Shown here: one piece after another, positions 1 to 13,089 of the stretch | Layout of the letters: each line of letters starts with the position of its first letter | Numbering within the stretch: position 1 is the stretch's first letter | NCBI RefSeq assembly: GCF_009914755.1 | Contig: NC_060945.1 | Direction: 5' to 3' (one strand) | Length of the DNA stretch: 64,000 nucleotides | Origin: the human T2T-CHM13v2.0 reference genome, Homo sapiens | Notes under the pieces: model-generated | The model's input: the letters and a program-made list of their open reading frames with translations, nothing else | Told to the model about the DNA's origin: nothing | Database searches by the model: none | Position numbers and translations under genes: made by a program

Positions 1-1324
1 GTTTTTCACCCATGTGTATACATAACAGTGTTTCCCAAATTCACAGGGTCCATTTCCATAATTCTAAAGCAAAAATAGAGGCACACAAATGGATAATAAT
101 TCATAGTTTTATGCCTTTTTTTTAACCTATCTTTAAAGAAATTCAGTTGCCATGTAGACAAAGATGTGATGAACCTGTAACACATTTCTATGACTTGGAA
201 AATTAAAGGTCTAAAAATCCTAAATGTAGTAGCTCTGGGCAGTTTGCAATTTGTGCATGGGTTCACTCACCCTATGGTCCGTGAACTCCCTTATCCTGCA
301 AGCTGTAGGTACTTTCAGCAAATATGAGACTCAATAAGACTAAGGAAGGGCTTGTTTAAATTAGTTCCCCTCACAGTTGATTCTAATCTTGCAATGAACA
401 GATTTAATGTACTAGTGAGTTAAATTTTAAAGTAATTATAAAGCCATTTACTCTATCATAAATGAATGAAATGTAAGAATCACACTTAAAACAAGTCTTT
501 CATTTTAATGAATGGTATCTTTCATTTATATACGAGGAATTCACTTGCCAGCAGCATTTAAATATAGGAATAGTCTCGTCTTTTCTCTAGTGCCTTTTAT
601 AAAGCAGTGCGATTTCTAACTAGGTGTATTTGTTTCCCAGCTATTCAGTAACTACACTATAGGTATCTAATAGATTCAAGAAAAGATTGGAAAATTGAGA
701 AGATTTAGCATTTTAAACATTTGAAAAATGTTGCTACAAAGCATAGATTATGAATGCATTAGTAAAATAAATTGACACCTTATGTGAGAATCATTAAGTT
801 GGTTTAATTATATCACAGAAGTATGGGCTCACTAATATTTATACCAATTTATGCTAATTAAACCAGAAAGTTTCTGTAGGTAATTCAGCTCTGAGCACCA
901 TTTAATAGGGTTATGCCAAACAGAACCAATGGTTATATAATACCCAGAATATAAACCTCAGCAAATTCATACTTTTGGAATGGCAACACAAGTGAGAATG
1001 AGAGGCAATATTTCATTTCAAAGTACCATAGGCTGCTAAGAGTGTTCTTTTCTTTTAAAAATTTGTGTGGTTGTTAGTAATGTACCTTAACACTGGTCCT
1101 CCTTGACAGCGGTGTTAGAGATGGTTAGGTAGAACCTATATTACGGAAGTCAGCCTTGCCCATTTCTTTAGTTCAGTGATTAAAATTGAAATTACTTTTA
1201 CAAAACAATTGAACTGCTGCTTACAATATAAATAGAATACCAACAGGATTCCTGTTGTATTCACATTATTCTCTAATTAGTATTTTTACATTTCCACTCT
1301 GACCTGACCTTCAGTAGTTCCTTT

Positions 1325-2050
1325 ATTTTTATTTTCAAGCATTTTTGTGAGTATATAATAAGCATATATATTTATGGGGTGCATGAGATGTTTTGATACA
1401 GGCATGCAGCATGAACTAATCACATCATGGAGAGTGGGTATCCATCCCTTTAAGCATGTTTCCTTTGTGTTACAATCCAATTAGATTCTTTTAGTTATTT
1501 TTAAATGTACAATTATTGACTAGAGTCCCCCTGTTGTGCTATCAAATAGTATGTCTTATTCATTCCTTCTGCCTATTTTTGTACCCATTACCCGTGCCCT
1601 GTCTCCCCCCATCAGCCCCCTAGTACTTACTATGTCCATGAGTTCAATTGTTTTGATTTTTAGATCCCACAAATAAGTGAGAACATGCAATGTCTGCCTT
1701 TCCGTGCTTGGCTTATTTCCCTTAACATAATGATATCCAGTTCCTTCCATGTTGTTGCAAATGACTGAATCTCATTCTTTTTTAGGGCTGAATAATACTC
1801 CACTGTGTGTATCTACCACATTTTCTTTAATACATTAATCTGTTGATGGACACTTAGGTTGCTTCCAAATCTTAGCTATTGTCAACAGTGGTGCAACCAA
1901 CATGGGAGTGCAGATAATTTCTTCGATATACTCATTTCTTATTTCTGGGGTATATATCCAACAGTGGGATTGCTGGATCATGTGGCACCTCTATTTTCAG
2001 TGTTTAGAGGAACCTCCAAACTGTTCTCCACCATGGCTGTACCAGTAGTA
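1325..2050 (-). mobile_element. L1MA-type LINE-1 3' end fragment
   Basis: Plus-strand text 'tatatttatggggtgcatgagatgttttgatacaggcatgca...ggacacttaggttgcttccaaatcttagctattg' is the reverse complement of an old primate L1 3' UTR/ORF2 end. Confidence 0.8.
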
Positions 2051-2362
2051 CCTTAAAATGCAAATGCAATTGGTAAAAGAACAAGGCAGCGTGTAGTGCT
2101 TTCACTTACAAATACTACCAGTTTTGTAACAATTTGCATTTTTTTTGTCCTTGAAAGGGTAACCACTTACTTAATAAAACGGATATTTAAAAGCACAATA
2201 TTCCTTCCTTTGCATGGCATGCAGGAATGGTGAAAGCAAAGAAACAGTCATCCCTTCTCCCCCCCACTTCTGGTCTCCCAAAATAGGAATGCCAGGTCAG
2301 ACAGGTGGAGGAGGGAAATGGGGCACTGGTCAAGGTATGATGAATCTCTTAAAAAGAAATCC

Positions 2363-2667
2363 GGCCAGGCGCAGTGGCTCACGCCTGTAATCCCAGCACT
2401 TTGGGAGGCAGAGGCGGGCGGATCACTAGGTCAGGAATCAAGACCATCCTGGAGAACACGGTGAAACACCGTCTCTACTAAAAATACAAAAAAATTAGCC
2501 GTGTGTGGTGGCGGACGCCTGTAGTCCCAGCTACTGGGAGGCTGGGGCTGGAGAATGGCATAAACCCGAGGGGCGGAGCTTGCAGTGAGCGGAGATGGCG
2601 CCACTGCATTCCAGCCTGGGCGACAGAGTGAGACACCTTCCCCCCACTGCCAAAAAAAAAAAAAAAA
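2363..2667 (+). mobile_element. AluY-like SINE
   Basis: Full dimer starting GGCCAGGCGCAGTGGCTCACGCCTGTAATCCC, central A-rich linker, 'gaccatcctgg' and 'gagcttgcagtgagc' (Y-type), poly-A tail. Confidence 0.9.
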
Positions 2668-2844
2668 TACAGCTTTCCCCAGAATGCTAGCCTGATAGGA
2701 ACTCCACCCCATCCATTCCAACCTAGTAAGGATAGTTTAGTTTGTCTTTTCTGGTCTCACTTCATTACATCTAGTGTTCTTTTTTTGTTTCTGTTATTAA
2801 ATTTCAGAAGACAAACCCTAGCATTTTCTAAAAGAAATTATTTT

Positions 2845-4161
2845 TTACCTAAATACATTGGACTTTGGTCTTAATTTGAAGGAATAGGATAAGTGGACTT
2901 TAAGAGAGCGTTCCTACTCCTTCTCTTCCAGTGGCTGCTCTGGGTCCTTGAAAGAGGGTGTGATGTGAACCATCTGGGTTGTGAAGTGGATTTTGTTGAG
3001 CCTGTGTTTTTTAAGTCCATTAGTCCTGCCCGACGCTGTGCACCCTGGAATCCTTGGCTTCACGTCTGGACCACCTTCAGCCAAGTGGTGATGGTGGAGA
3101 GGGTCCCCCCATCTTCCAGGACGTGTGAGAGTTTGTAGGTGGTGAGATGGAGGGGGAAGCTTTTAAATCTTCCAGTACCCACCCCCGCTGCTGGGGGTGC
3201 TCTCCCCATCGTCCTTGTCCAGGACTCCCATCAGGGTCTCAATCTCTTCTGTGATGCTCTGACTCACATGCTGGGAGGCCCTTTCCCCAATGTAGTCCCT
3301 GATGTCAACATCGGCGTCCTATGTCCCCACTAGCAGCTTCACCATCTCCAAGGTAAATGGCTGCCAAGTGCAGGGCGGTGTAGCTCTGGCCTTGCTGTTC
3401 CCAGGCAGCAGAGGCTCGTTGGGGAAGTTGACCAACATGGCCAGAAGCTCCAGCCTGCAGTGCTAGGTGCCTGCGCAGGCAGGTGAGGCTGTGATGAAGC
3501 CCAGAGTGGCCAGCAGGCTGGCTGGCACGGGGGCAACCCCCTAAGCTGTCCACTCCCCATCGGAGGCCGAGAGCAGCCAGCCGTGCTCCCTGGTCCAGCT
3601 CACCCAGCCCCACAGCTCTCCTCTGCGGACGGGAAAGCCAGTGCTGCGCCGCCAGAGTCCCTCGCCTCTGCGGTGTCCTCGGAGGAGGAGCTCCCAGGCT
3701 GCTGCCTCCAGGACACAGGTTCCTCTTCAAGGGCAGGACACTGCGCCTTCCCAAGTCGCTCAAGTTCTGGAGGAATGGCCTCGGGGTGGTAGCCCCCCAG
3801 GAGCCGCCCCTGTCCGCCTCCTGGCAACCGTTGGGCGGGGGCTCCAGGTCCTTGCTGGTCTGAGGTCCCGCATCTGGGGTAGGGGCTGGTGGAGCCAGCG
3901 AGCTCTTCCTGCGTCCCCGCCGCTCAGGGCGGCCCGTGCAGGGGCTGGGCTCCCCCTTGCCCAGCTCGGCCCTGCCTGTGGAGCACCTCGGGGACCGCTG
4001 TTTCAGGGAGGGGATGGTGAATGCTGCGCTCCGCATTCACATGGACGCGGGACAGGTCTCAGGGGCGCGGCCTCAGGCGGAGGCCCCGCCAGAACCTCTT
4101 CCTGAGACGCAGGTACTGGGCGCCATCGACGGGGTCCGTGCAGTGGCCACAGCGTTCACCC
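2845..4161 (-). pseudogene. SOWAHC (ANKRD57)-derived pseudogene, 5'-truncated and frameshifted
   Basis: Minus-strand translation gives VNAVATAR..DGAQYLRLRKRF (4160-4090), DLEPPPNGCQEADRG..QNLSDL..LKRNLCPGGSS, ankyrin YTALHLAA and C-terminal KLRPKSNVFR-stop (TAA 2845-2847). These match my recollection of SOWAHC (VNAVATVR..DGAKYVHLKKRF; LRPKSNVFG). Multiple frameshifts. Sequence to the left may be its 3' UTR (not verified). Confidence 0.88.
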
Positions 4162-4815
4162 GGAGATACATTTAAACAGTTTTATTCTCCTGTTTTTTAT
4201 TTTTTCATTCCAGAAACCATTACTACTATGCAACAAAGTAAAAATATCTAGTTTAAATAATAATTTGATACGGTCAGGTGGGGATGAGTGCACACGTGTA
4301 TGTACACACAAACGCAGGCTCTAAATGGGATATTTTGGCGGAGCAGAGGGATAAGGCTTTTATTTCGTTGGTGTGTTGAGTTAGAATCGCCCTTCTCACA
4401 ATTAAATAATTTAAATCAGGAGTTTTATTAAAGCTAATTTGTACAACTAGGCAATATCTTTTCTCCATATATTTATACACATGTACACATCTCTAATATT
4501 TGCATTTATTACTTCATCTAAAAGAGCTTGGAAAAAGGGTCCTAGGTCTTGGCTAGTTAAGGTAAAAATCTATATTTTAAGGTAATAAAAACGTTTGCTA
4601 TGGACAGAGACATGCAGACTCTGTGGCTGAAGCTGATTCATGTTCCATTGAAGGAAATGACATGGGGTTTTCTAAGGGAAAGCCCAGCAAGCTGCAAGGA
4701 GAGGGGAGGTCCCAGGAGGGAATTGGAGTCAGCATTAGGATCTAAGTGTCACAGGGGAGTGTGTTCCCAAAAAAGACTGTGACTGTTTCTGTGTCCATCC
4801 TGAACTGGTTACCAT

Positions 4816-4817
<2 letters not shown>

Positions 4818-4857
<40 letters not shown>
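4818..4857. repeat. (TG)n microsatellite
   Basis: About 20 TG units seen directly. Confidence 0.95.
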
Positions 4858-4860
<3 letters not shown>

Positions 4861-4990
4861 TGAATTAAAAGAGGAGTTACATGCTGGGGCATTTCTGGTA
4901 TCTCAACTGGCATCTCAGTTGCTGGTGATGATGGCTATACATTTTCCTCAGTATTCAATGTGCGTATTTTGAGTTAACAGTCCACCCATT

Positions 4991-5219
4991 GGCTGAGGCA
5001 GGTGGATCATCTGAGGTGAAGAGTTCGAGACCAGCCTGGCCAATATGTGAAACTCTGTCTCTACTAAAAATACAAAAATTAGCCAGGCATGGTTGCAGCA
5101 CCTGTAATCCCAGCTTCTTGGATTGCTTGAATCCAGGAGACAGAATTTGCAGTGAGCTGAGATGAACCACTGCACTCCAGCTTGGGCAGCAGAGTGAGAC
5201 TTGGTCTCAAAAAAAAAAA
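4991..5219 (+). mobile_element. 5'-truncated AluS
   Basis: Starts at GGCTGAGGCAGGTGGATCA, has linker and right arm with poly-A. Confidence 0.85.
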
Positions 5220-5278
5220 GTTATTGTGACATGCTGTACACATTCACAAATTCAGTGTCTCCCAGAAGTCTGAGATTC

Positions 5279-5780
<502 letters not shown>

Positions 5781-5889
5781 TGAAAGACAATTTTACTACC
5801 CAAATCACCCTTCTATAAAAAATAATAGAAGATGTCAAATATGAAAATAAAACTGTCCTCTGGGCCCTCAATTTTCTGTGTTATTGGGA

Positions 5890-6570
5890 AGGCAGACAGC
5901 TACTCAGCAGTTATATCCCATAAGAATGGATAACACTAAAACAGCTGACATCATCAAGTATTGGTTAGAAAGTGGAACTGATTCTCTCAAACATTTTCAT
6001 TGTAGTTTAAGATGGCACAACCACTTAGGAAAATGTCTCCCTATTTCATACAATGCCAAATATATACTTATTTTATAACCCAGAAAATCCACTCTTATGT
6101 ACTTAAACTCAAGAAAAGTGAAAATATTATTACAGAAAAATGTGTATATCTGATTTGTTCGTAGCAGGTTTATTCATGATAACCTCAAATCAGAAACTGC
6201 TTTTGTGTCTATCAATAGTGGAGTGGATTATAAACAAAACAAGCAAAGGCCTCAAACCTGTGGTATAGTCATAAAATTGAGTATTACAAAATAAAATTAG
6301 TGAATAATCAATAGGAGCAAAATGATGTCACAAGCATGTTTAGTGAATGAACATAAAAATTATATAATTTATAATTTCACTTATGTAAATGGTGAAAACA
6401 GACAAAACTATCCTTTTGTGGAAAGAATCAAAACCATGGAAGTCTCTGTGTTCAAATACTGAATGGAAATGGGCATGAGAAAACGTGTTTCTGCCAGATC
6501 TTCTATATGCCTGATGTACATTCACTAGATGTATTTTGCATATACTATTTTTGCAAATAAAACTGAGATA
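5890..6570 (+). mobile_element. Old L1M (L1ME-like) 3' fragment
   Basis: Degenerate L1 ORF2-end/3' UTR phrases such as 'cccataagaatggataacactaaaacagctgacatcatcaagtattgg' and 'aaccacttaggaaaatg'. Confidence 0.5.
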
Positions 6571-6639
6571 GACACAAAATAACTCAAGAGAAAATAGCTA
6601 GAAATAAGTAGAGTTGGGATAGAAGCCTTGGAAGCTCCC

Positions 6640-8760
6640 CCCTACCTTGCTCACCTGGCACAGGCCGAGGAAGCCCTTGGACAATGCTGTGAGCGATCTG
6701 AGGGCCTTCCAGGGGAGCCCCCCCAGCCCATGCTGGTGCCCGAGCTGCCCGCCGCCATCTGAATATGTTGCAAAGACAGTGCTGGCCTGGCAACCGGTGA
6801 CACTCCATGCCCCACCCCGACCCCCACTTCTACCCAAGTAGCGGCAACCCCAGAGACAGATGCCTGGGCGGCAGCGGCTAAGTCTGGTAGTTGGCCAGGC
6901 GGCCAAAGGACGGGAACTGGCTGTTCACCCCATCCCAGTTTCCACGGAGAACTCAACCATCATGGCCCCTGAGCGGACCCTCAGGCCTGGGCTGTGCTCT
7001 GTGCCTGCAAACCTGACGCCATCCAGGGGAGCTCCGCCTTCCCACGCCAGCGCCTCAGCTGCTGCAGAAAACTGCAAAACTGCAAGTTGCACACAGGCAG
7101 AGATGACGGAGCAACCCCTGACCCTCCGTGCCACTCACCCTACCCGCACACACACCTGCCACGCGGACCCTGAGGCCAGTGCCTGGGCGCCCAAGTCAGG
7201 CAGTCCGCACAGCAGTGGCACCAGGGTGAAAACCTGCTGCTCAATACCATCCCGGTTACCACGAAGAGCCAGCCCTGGTGGCCCCTGAGTTCTTGGAGGA
7301 GGCCAAGTCACAGCAACCCCTCAAGTGGGCGGGCGATGCACTTGACCCTGAGGACATCAGGTACCAGGCCCGCCAGCTGACGCCACATCGGAGCCGCAGC
7401 TGCAGTCTAGACGTGGTGCACCGGCAGTAAGTGACTGGACACCCCAAACCAGGCCCGCCCCCCAGTAGCGTGGATCCTGAGACCAGACCCCCAGGCGGCA
7501 AAATCAGGCGATGGGCCCCGCCAGCAGCTGCTCAGTTTCATCCATGTGGATACAGAGTGCCCAGCGCCCGGGCCCAGGATCCAGAGAGATGCCCAAGAAG
7601 AGCGGAAGTTGAGGCCAGGTGGGCTGTGCGCTCTGCAACCCTGAGGCCATCCAAGGGAAGCTCCGCCGTCCCACGCCAGTGCCAGATCTGCAGCTGCAAA
7701 CTGTGCGTGGGGCACTGGCAGCAGTTAGGGCTGGTGGGGGAAAGAGCAGCCCCTGACTCTGCCTCCATGCCTCTACAGCTACCTGACACTAGCCACACAG
7801 ACTCCAGGGCCAGAGCCTCAGCGTGAAGCCAGGCCATCTGCGAAGCCACCCAGGTGGCAGCGGAGTGCCCTTGCCAGCACCCTATCTCCCTTCCGAGGAG
7901 GAGCGGGGTGGGCTGCAAGGCCAGACAGGCCCTCCTTCTCAGGCCGGGCTGGCGGCGCTCCTGCGATCCTGGGGCCGCCCGGGCGATCCCAAGAGGACCT
8001 GCGAGCTCATCGGCACCCGCCCAGAGCTGCAGCCCCACCTGCCGGCACGCGCCACCAGGGAAGGGCTTCCGGGAGCCAGGCAGCAACCGCGGTGCAGGCG
8101 CGCGCCCAACGGCTTTGCGAGGCTCACTCGGTCTGAGAGGTGGGAGGCTACGAGTGTCGCTGCTGAAGGCTGTGGTGGACCGGGCTGGATCGCGGACTGT
8201 GGAGTAGATCACAGATTTGGGATCGCGGATTGGGGGTTGATCGCGGATTGGGGGTTGGATCAGGGATTTGGGGTTGGATAGGGGATTTGGGGCTGGGTCG
8301 GCCGGGGTCGGCGGAGGAGGTGGGTGAAAAGGTGACAGGGAGGTCGGCCGGGGTCGGGGGAGGGGGGTGGTGAAAAGGTGACAGGGAGCTGCCCCCGCTC
8401 AAGAGCCGGAGGTTGGGGTTTCTGAGAAGTCACCACTATGAAGTTATTCGGCTTCGGGAGCCGCAGGAGCCAAACGGCCAACGGCTCCATAGAACATGTC
8501 TACACGGGTTCCGGATACCGAATCTGGGACTCCGAACTGCAGAAGATCCACAGGGCAGCTGTCAAGGGCGACGCCGCGGGGGTGGAGCGCTGCCTGGCGC
8601 GCAGGAGCGGAGACCTGGATGCCCTGGACAAGCAGCACAGGTAGCGGGGACTCAGCCCGGGGTGGGAGGGGGTCCCCAGGCCCGGCTTCCCCACTGCCCC
8701 TGGGACGGGGCCTTTCAGGGCTCTGGGCACCCTCAGAGCAGCGGAGCCAAACGGACTCTC
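6640..8760. promoter_or_regulatory. GC/CpG-rich island upstream of and including ANKRD20A-like exon 1
   Basis: Abrupt GC rise; CpG-dense especially at 7850-8700; G-rich short repeats at 8187-8390. Confidence 0.7.
8438..8640 (+). pseudogene. ANKRD20A-family coding exon 1 (orphan; exon 2 onward not found in window)
   Basis: MKLFGFGSRRSQTANGSIEHVYTGSGYRIWDSELQKIHRAAVKGDAAGVERCLARRSGDLDALDKQH is near-identical to the recalled ANKRD20A N-terminus. Donor AG|GTAGCG at 8640/8641. No TALHLACA-type second exon seen downstream. The specific paralog cannot be named. Confidence 0.9.
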
Positions 8761-8973
8761 AGCTGTTTTCCATCCCTCATAATTCCATGGCTGGAGCAGT
8801 TGGAGAATTTGAGTGATTTAACTCACAAAGTTAAGCATACACAGTGTTGTTATTTTTAACGTACACGTTGAAAACATGGTTTATATACATTATAGGAGGT
8901 GCCTAATGAGAGAACTCGTTCCCCTATCAAAAATACCGTGAGTTATTTCAGTAGGCAAAAAGTTCTCAGATAA

Positions 8974-9553
<580 letters not shown>

Positions 9554-11020
9554 TGACAGGGAATTCTTTCAAATCAAATCATCAAACACTCTAAAATTGG
9601 GCAAAGTACACTTTTCCAGATCTGCAAGTTACTTGTGTACATAGGAAAAAGTCCTTCGCATTTCTGGTATAAGAATTTAAATTAAAAGAGGAATGAAACA
9701 GTTTTCTATCCACAATATTTGTGAGGATGTTTTATACTCCTGCTTAAAGTTTAAGTTGCTGATTACTTTTCAAATAGATAATTTGGTGGTAAGTACTACA
9801 ATTAAAAAATATGTATGCCCTTTACACATCAATTCCATTTACTAAAACACCCTTAGGAAATAAAGATACATGCACTTTATTTTTCACCTCACTTATTTTA
9901 AAAAGAACCCAAAGAATGGATCCTATAAATAAACTTCAGTTGCATCCACAGGATGGAATAATATGTGACCATTGAAGGTGGCAATAGATACAGAAGTATA
10001 TTGATGTGCAAAGATGTATTTTGTTATAGCTAGTGAGAAAAAAATCAATTAAGTTATACATACAAACAAACTATGGTCTTGTTTTATCAAAAAATATGTA
10101 CAAAATATAAAATTTGTAATTTCTGAGCATTTGTATTTTAAGTAAAGTTCTTTTCCTTTTTCTTATCTGTGATTGCTGCAGTGAGCATGTACAAAACTTC
10201 TAGTAAAGTTTATTAATAAAGAAATAATCCTTGGGAAGACAGGAATATGAATCTTACAATATTAAAAATAATTTCTCACTTTCTATTTTTTATCATTATT
10301 GAGTGTATTGTTATCTTCTTTGAACTTTTAGCCTCTTCAGAAGTAAAAAGGGAATATTTTTATCTGTTTCCAGATTTTATTATCTATATATTTTATTATG
10401 TACATATGTTTTTCTTATGTATTCATTCAATTTATGCAAACAATGATAGATTAATCATTTCATTTTAATTGTATTCTTAAATAAAAATAACATATAAATA
10501 TTACTATTGCAAAAATATTGCTTTATAGGAGTTTATTTAAAAATATTGAACTCCCCAACTGTATTTTTCCATTCTTTCATTCCATTTATTCATCAAACAT
10601 AACCTGAGTATCTGTTATGTAGCAGACATATTCTGCTGTCTCTCAGGTCCCTTCTATCCTTAAAAACTTCATGTTTACCTGCCCTGCCTGCACAAGCTGA
10701 GAGATTTAAAATAGGAATATTGGGACTTAATCTCCTTGAAACTTTGTCACCCAACTTTCAAACAAAAGCATTTCTGAAGTTAGAAAATAGTAGAAGATAA
10801 GCTTTAACTGCCCACTCAAAAGTTTATCAGTCTTAAATATTAATATTAATCATGGGAATGTCTTATTTACATATATTCTGTAAGCATAAATATTGAATAA
10901 AATGAACCATATGTATTCATTTGAATCATGAGTTTCCTTTGTCTTCAATTTGTTTGAAAATCAAGGAATTAATTTGTTTGAAAAATGCATTATTATTATT
11001 TCAGTGTTCTATCCCCATAG

Positions 11021-13088
11021 TACCTTTAAGCAGGCGGACAAGCCAGCAACCTCACCCGCTCAAGGAAGCCCAGATGGCCAGGTTCCAACAGCATGAGTAG
11101 CTGCCACCTGATGGCTGATGGAGCAGAGTCCTGAGGAAAAGCAGATGGCACTGGGGCCCTAACTCTAGGGCAGAAGAACTGATGTACTGTGACTGGCAGC
11201 ATGTGAGGTTGGTGATTGGCCCACCTGTTCCTGGCACACCCTTGAAGAGGTGGCTGGTTGCTCTTTGAGCCAGCTTGGCCTTGCCTGGCATGCACAAGCC
11301 TCGGTGCAACAACCGTGCTACAAATGGAGCCATATATAGGAAAGGAGCAGGAGGCTCAGGAGCAGGGTGTGCACTGCCTTTGGGGCTCCAGTGCATGCCT
11401 CAGGGCTCCTATGGCACTGCAGGCTTCTTTGTTGCCAAGAGGCAGACCACAGGCCGTCTTGAGGAAGACTTTATGTACAAGTGCAGAAAGCAGCCAGGAT
11501 TACCACCCAGGGGACTTGGTCTTCTGTGGCCCTGGCCTGACAGAATTTGGCCCAAGGCAGGACAAGGTCACTCAGAGCAGTGTGTCAGTAGGTGGGGCCT
11601 GGGCATGCGAGGCAAGGCCAAGCTGGCTCAAAGAGCAAGAAGCCACCTCTGCAAGGGTGTGCCTGGAGCAGGTGGACCAGCCACCAACCTCACCCACTGA
11701 AAGAAGCCAGGATGGCCAGGTTTCCACAGCCTGAGTGGCTGCCTCCTGATGGCTGATGGAGCAGAGGCCTGAGGAAAAGCAGGTGGCACATTTAACTCTT
11801 TAATCCATCTTAAGTTAATTTTTGTATAAAGCAGATGGCACCAGTCCATGCCTCAGGGCTCATATGGCACTGTGGGCCACAGAAGGGTGAGTCCCCAGGG
11901 TGGTAATCCTGCCTGCTTTCTGCACTTGAACATAAAGTCCTCTTCAAGACGGCCTGTGGTCTGCCTCTTGGCCCCACCTTTAGGGTAGAAGAACTGATGT
12001 ACCACGTCTGGCAGTGAGTGAGGTTGGCGGCTGGTCAATCTGCTCCTGGCACACCCTTGCAGAGGAGGCTGCTTGCTCTTTGAGCCAGCTTGGCCTTGCC
12101 TGGCATGCACAAGCCTCACTGCAACAAGTGTGCTACAAATGGAGCCATATAGAGGAAATGATCAGCAGTCTCAGGAAAGGGGCGTGCACTGCCTTTGTGG
12201 CTCCAGTCCATGCCTCAGGGCTCGTATGGCACTGTAGGTTTCTTGGTCGCCAACAGGCAGACCACAGGCTTTCTTGAGGAGGACTTTATGTTCAAGTGCA
12301 GAAAGCAGCCAAGATTAGCACCCAGGGGACTGGGCCTTCTGTGGCCCTGGCCAGACTTAGAATTTGACCCAAGGCAGGACAAGCTGACTCGGAGCAGAGT
12401 GTCAGTACCTGGGGCCTATGCATGCCAGGCAAGGCCAAGCTGGCTCAGAGCAACTAGCCACATCTGCAAGGCTGCACCTGTAGCAGGCAGACAAGCCAGC
12501 AACCTCAGCTACTCAAGGAAGGAGGGATGGCCAGGTTCCCACAGCCTGAGTGGTTGCCGCCTGATGACTGATAGAGCAGAGGCCTGAGGAAAAGCATATG
12601 GCACTGGGGCCCTACCTCTAGGGTAGAAGAACTGATGTAAGCTGACCGGCAGCAAGTGAGGTTGGTAGCCGGTCCACCGGTTCCTGGCACAACCTTGCAG
12701 AGGTGGCTGGTTGCTTTTTGAGCCAGCTTGGCCTTGCCCGGCATGCACAAGTCTGTGCAACAACTGTGACACAAATGGAGCCACACAGAGAAAATGAGCA
12801 GCAGGCTCAGGAGCAGGGTGTGTGCTTCCTCAGGAGCCCCAGTCCATGCCTAAGGGTTCATATGGCACTGTGGGCTTCTTGGTTGCAAAGAGGTAGACCA
12901 CAGGCCATCTTCAGGAGGTCTTTATGTGGAAGTGCAGAAAGCAGCCAGTATTACCACCCGTGGGACTCGGCCTTTTGTGGCCCTGGCCTGACAGAATTTG
13001 GCCCAAGGCAGGACAAGCTCACTCGGAGCAACATGTCAGAACCTGGGGCCTGTGCATGCCAGGCAAGGCCAAGCTGGCTTAAAGAGCA
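11021..13088. repeat. ~640-bp-unit, partly palindromic repeat array (about 3 units), probably REP522
   Basis: Unit starts GCAGG(C/T)(G/A)GAC(A/C)AGCCA(G/C)CAACCTCA at ~11030, ~11668 and ~12483. A ~90-bp inverted repeat lies inside units (11203-11296 vs 11603-11693). The repeat structure is seen directly; the REP522 name is from memory. Confidence 0.7.
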
Positions 13089-13089
13089 C

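Noticed and set aside
3305-4251. 243-aa and overlapping ORFs as a novel gene
   Set aside because: They drift between frames of the frameshifted SOWAHC pseudogene or are its GC-rich antisense frames.
6584-8859. Many 100-224 aa ORFs in the GC-rich island
   Set aside because: Expected from stop-codon scarcity at high GC. They overlap in all frames with no recognisable domain except ANKRD20A exon 1.
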